Below are positions 59,489 to 64,000 of a stretch of 64,000 nt of DNA, one piece after another. The position numbers and the translations under genes were made by a program. The stretch is from the human T2T-CHM13v2.0 reference genome, Homo sapiens. The first letter of the stretch is position 1. Each line of letters starts with the position of its first letter. Location of the stretch: NCBI RefSeq assembly GCF_009914755.1, contig NC_060933.1; one strand, written 5' to 3'. A model generated the notes under the pieces. That model searched no databases. It was not told where the DNA came from and worked only from the letters and a program-made list of their open reading frames with translations.

Positions 59489-60790
59489 CACTTCATCCCA
59501 AATTTGACCCTGGCTCGTGTTTAGAGGGGGGCGGTCAGCACAACCTGCCTTGCGGTTTGACTTAAAGATGAAGCGGGAGTAGACCCGGTGTGGGGGCATC
59601 CCGGGCTCTGGTACACAGTAGGCGCTCAGTGGGTGTGCTCTGGCCTGGTGACGTCTCTGGACACTGAGGTGGAGGGACCCTGTACAGCAGTCTGTCATAG
59701 GGAATTGCCCAGGTACAGGATGGCAAAGCTGACAGATAGATGTACCAGTCTCCCTGCCTGCCAGGCAGCTCTCAGCCTGCAGACATCGCCAATCTCTAGC
59801 GCCTGAGCAGGGAGCAGGGACTGGTCAGCAAAGCCATGCGCAAGGAAGGCTGGTGATGTGTGCAAGGTGGGCAGGCAGCCAGGCCTCGGTGCCCGGGGAG
59901 GAAAGGCATACAGGGAGCCTGGGATTGGCATTGGGTAAGGTGCTGACACCCTGGAAATGAGTGGAGGATGGCAGAGCCTCAGACATTAGGAGTACTGCCT
60001 CCCTCTTCACCGAGCCAAGGAGATGGGGAAAGGAGGGGAAAGAGAGGAATGTATGCACTTCTTCATTGATAACTGGGGAAATGGAGGCAAAGGGGGCTGT
60101 GGGCGGGCCTCAGGACCTTTAGGAACCCCACCAGTCTGGCTTGGTTGGTAGCTGCATGTGTGCAGACAGCGTTAGTGCATACCACAAATGCACAGAGGGA
60201 CAGGCTGAGTTGCATTCTCTCCCTCCTGTCCTGGAGTTGTAGCCAGGGCTCACATCCCTCGGTCCCCGGACTCCTTTCCCTCTAGGTTGCTTTCCCTCCC
60301 AGTTGCCCGCCTCTGGTATTTGTTGCTACTTACAGAATCTTTAGGACCAAAGGGCTGAGCGTGGGGCCAAGAATCTGGTGAGCAACAAGTCACTGGCTCT
60401 GCCCCTTCCACTTTTGACAGGGTGTACCCGGGGTGGGGAGACGGTGATCCTAGACCCGCTGTCACCTGTGGGGCTGTTCAGTGCATGAGGGTAAAGAACG
60501 AGTTGGTCCCACTGCTCATAGTTTATCCCTGCCACTTGGCACAGGGCATAGCACAAAGCAAGCCCTCGAGTAATGCTTGTTGGATACATGAATATACCAC
60601 AGCCTAGGTCTGCATCTTGGAGAGAAGATTTTGGAATGTGCTAGATCCAACAATTCTCTGAGACAGGAAAACCCCTGACCATCAGCAGGATATTCTGACA
60701 TTGGTTCTGACCCATCAGCAGGATATTCTGACGTTGGTTCTGACAGCTTCCTCTGGCCCTGCTAGGCAGCTGAGGGGAAGAGAGCAATGA

Positions 60791-61098
<308 letters not shown>

Positions 61099-61332
61099 GA
61101 TGGAGACATTCTGAGTCCACACCAGAGGGGCTGGACTTGGATCCCAGTTCAGCACCACATCTCTCTGTCCCTCAGTTTCCTCTTCTTTCAAATGGCGATG
61201 ATACCTTGTTGGAGGATTAAACAAGATCACGTGGATAAAACGTCACCACGGTGTCTATGTATATTACAACCAACGTTGAATCTGGGATCAGTCTCACCCA
61301 GACTGCATATTGGCCACCTAATGTCCTGTTGA

Positions 61333-62688
61333 TCCATCCATCCACCATCCATCCATCCAGCATCCATCCATCCACCATCCATCCAGCATCCATTCATCCA
61401 CCACCATCCATCCATCCATCCACCATCCATCCATCCACCATCCAGCATCCATCCATCCACCATCCATCCAGCATCCATCCATCTACCATCCATCCATCCA
61501 ACATTCATCCAGCATCCATCCATTCACCATCCAACCATCCATTCACCATCCGTCCGTCCATCTATCCATCCATCCAGCATCCATCCACCACCATCCATCC
61601 ATCCATCCAGCATCCATCCATCCAGCTTCCATCCTTCCAGCATCCGTCCATTCATCCAGCATCCATCCATCCTTCCACCACCATCCATCCATCCTTCCAG
61701 CATCCATCTATCCATCCATTCAGCATCCATCCATCCATCCATCCATCCATCCATCCAACATCCATCCATCCATCCACCACCATTCATCTATCCATCCAGC
61801 ATCCATCTATCCATCCATCAAGCATCCATCGAGCATCCATCCATCCATCCATCCATCCATCACCATCCATCCATCCATTCACCACCATCCATCCATCCAT
61901 CCATCCATCCACCACTATCCATCCATCCATCCACCACTATCCATCCATCCATCCACCATCCATCCATCCACCATCCATCCATCCATCCACCACAATCCAT
62001 CCATCCATCCATCCATCACCATCCATTCATCCATCCATCCACCATCCATCCATCCATCCATCCACCACCATCCATTCATCAATCCACCATCCATCCATCC
62101 ATCCATCCACCACCATCCATCCATCCATCCATCACCATCCATCCATCCATCCATCATCATCCATTCATCTATCCACCATCCATCCATCCATCCATCACTA
62201 TCCATCCATCCACGCATCCATTCACCACCATCCATCCATCCATCCACATCCATCCATCCATCCATCCATCCATCCACACCATCCATCCATCCATCCATCC
62301 ACCACCATCCATCCATCCATCCACCACCATCCATCCAGCCATCCATCCACCTCCATCCATCCATCCATCCATCCACCATCCATCCACCATCCATCCATCC
62401 ATCATCATCCATTCATCCATCCACCATCCATCCATCCATCCCTCCATCACTATCCATCCATCCACGCATCCATTCACCACCATCCATACATCCATCCACA
62501 TCCATTCATCCATCCATCCATCCATCCATCCATCCATCCATCCATCCACACCATCCATCCATCCATCCACCACCATCCATCCATCCATCCACCACCATCC
62601 ATCCAGCCATCCATCCACCTCCATCCATACATCCATCCCTCCATCCATCCACCATCCATCCACCATCCATCCATCCATCTATCCACTC
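61333..62688. repeat. (CCAT)n/(ATGG)n degenerate tetranucleotide array, ~1.35 kb
   Basis: Direct inspection. Confidence 0.97.
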
Positions 62689-62694
62689 ACCTAA

Positions 62695-64000
<1,306 letters not shown>

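Overview
Human genomic DNA that I recognise as the 9q34 BRD3 locus, from the BET protein sequence and the neighbouring ARF4 retrocopy. The left ~26.7 kb holds the 5' part of BRD3 on the minus strand: a CpG-island promoter, non-coding exon 1, a 14.4 kb intron 1, and coding exons 2-7 (405 codons: BD1, motif A/SPOP degron, most of BD2). All coding exons have canonical GT-AG borders and consistent phases; exon 8 onward lies left of position 1. The right ~37 kb is upstream DNA made almost entirely of transposons: many Alus, old L1s, an SVA, a 968-bp HERV-K(HML-2) solo LTR5, an LTR10-like LTR, MER1B, MaLR LTRs, an ARF4 processed pseudogene, a tailless 5S rRNA fragment, an unidentified 3'-UTR retrocopy and a 1.35 kb (CCAT)n array. 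I cannot demonstrate a wholly new biological system. The best leads are: (i) a strong-Kozak uORF in frame with BRD3 and separated from it by one UGA; (ii) an AT-rich codon island with a triplicated 10-mer in the BD1 exons; (iii) the ARF4 retrocopy, whose stop splits it into an N-terminal peptide plus a delta-17/T31M core and which keeps a UPRE-like element; (iv) a solo LTR5 pointing at BRD3. Repeat subfamily names and most repeat edges are by-eye estimates.
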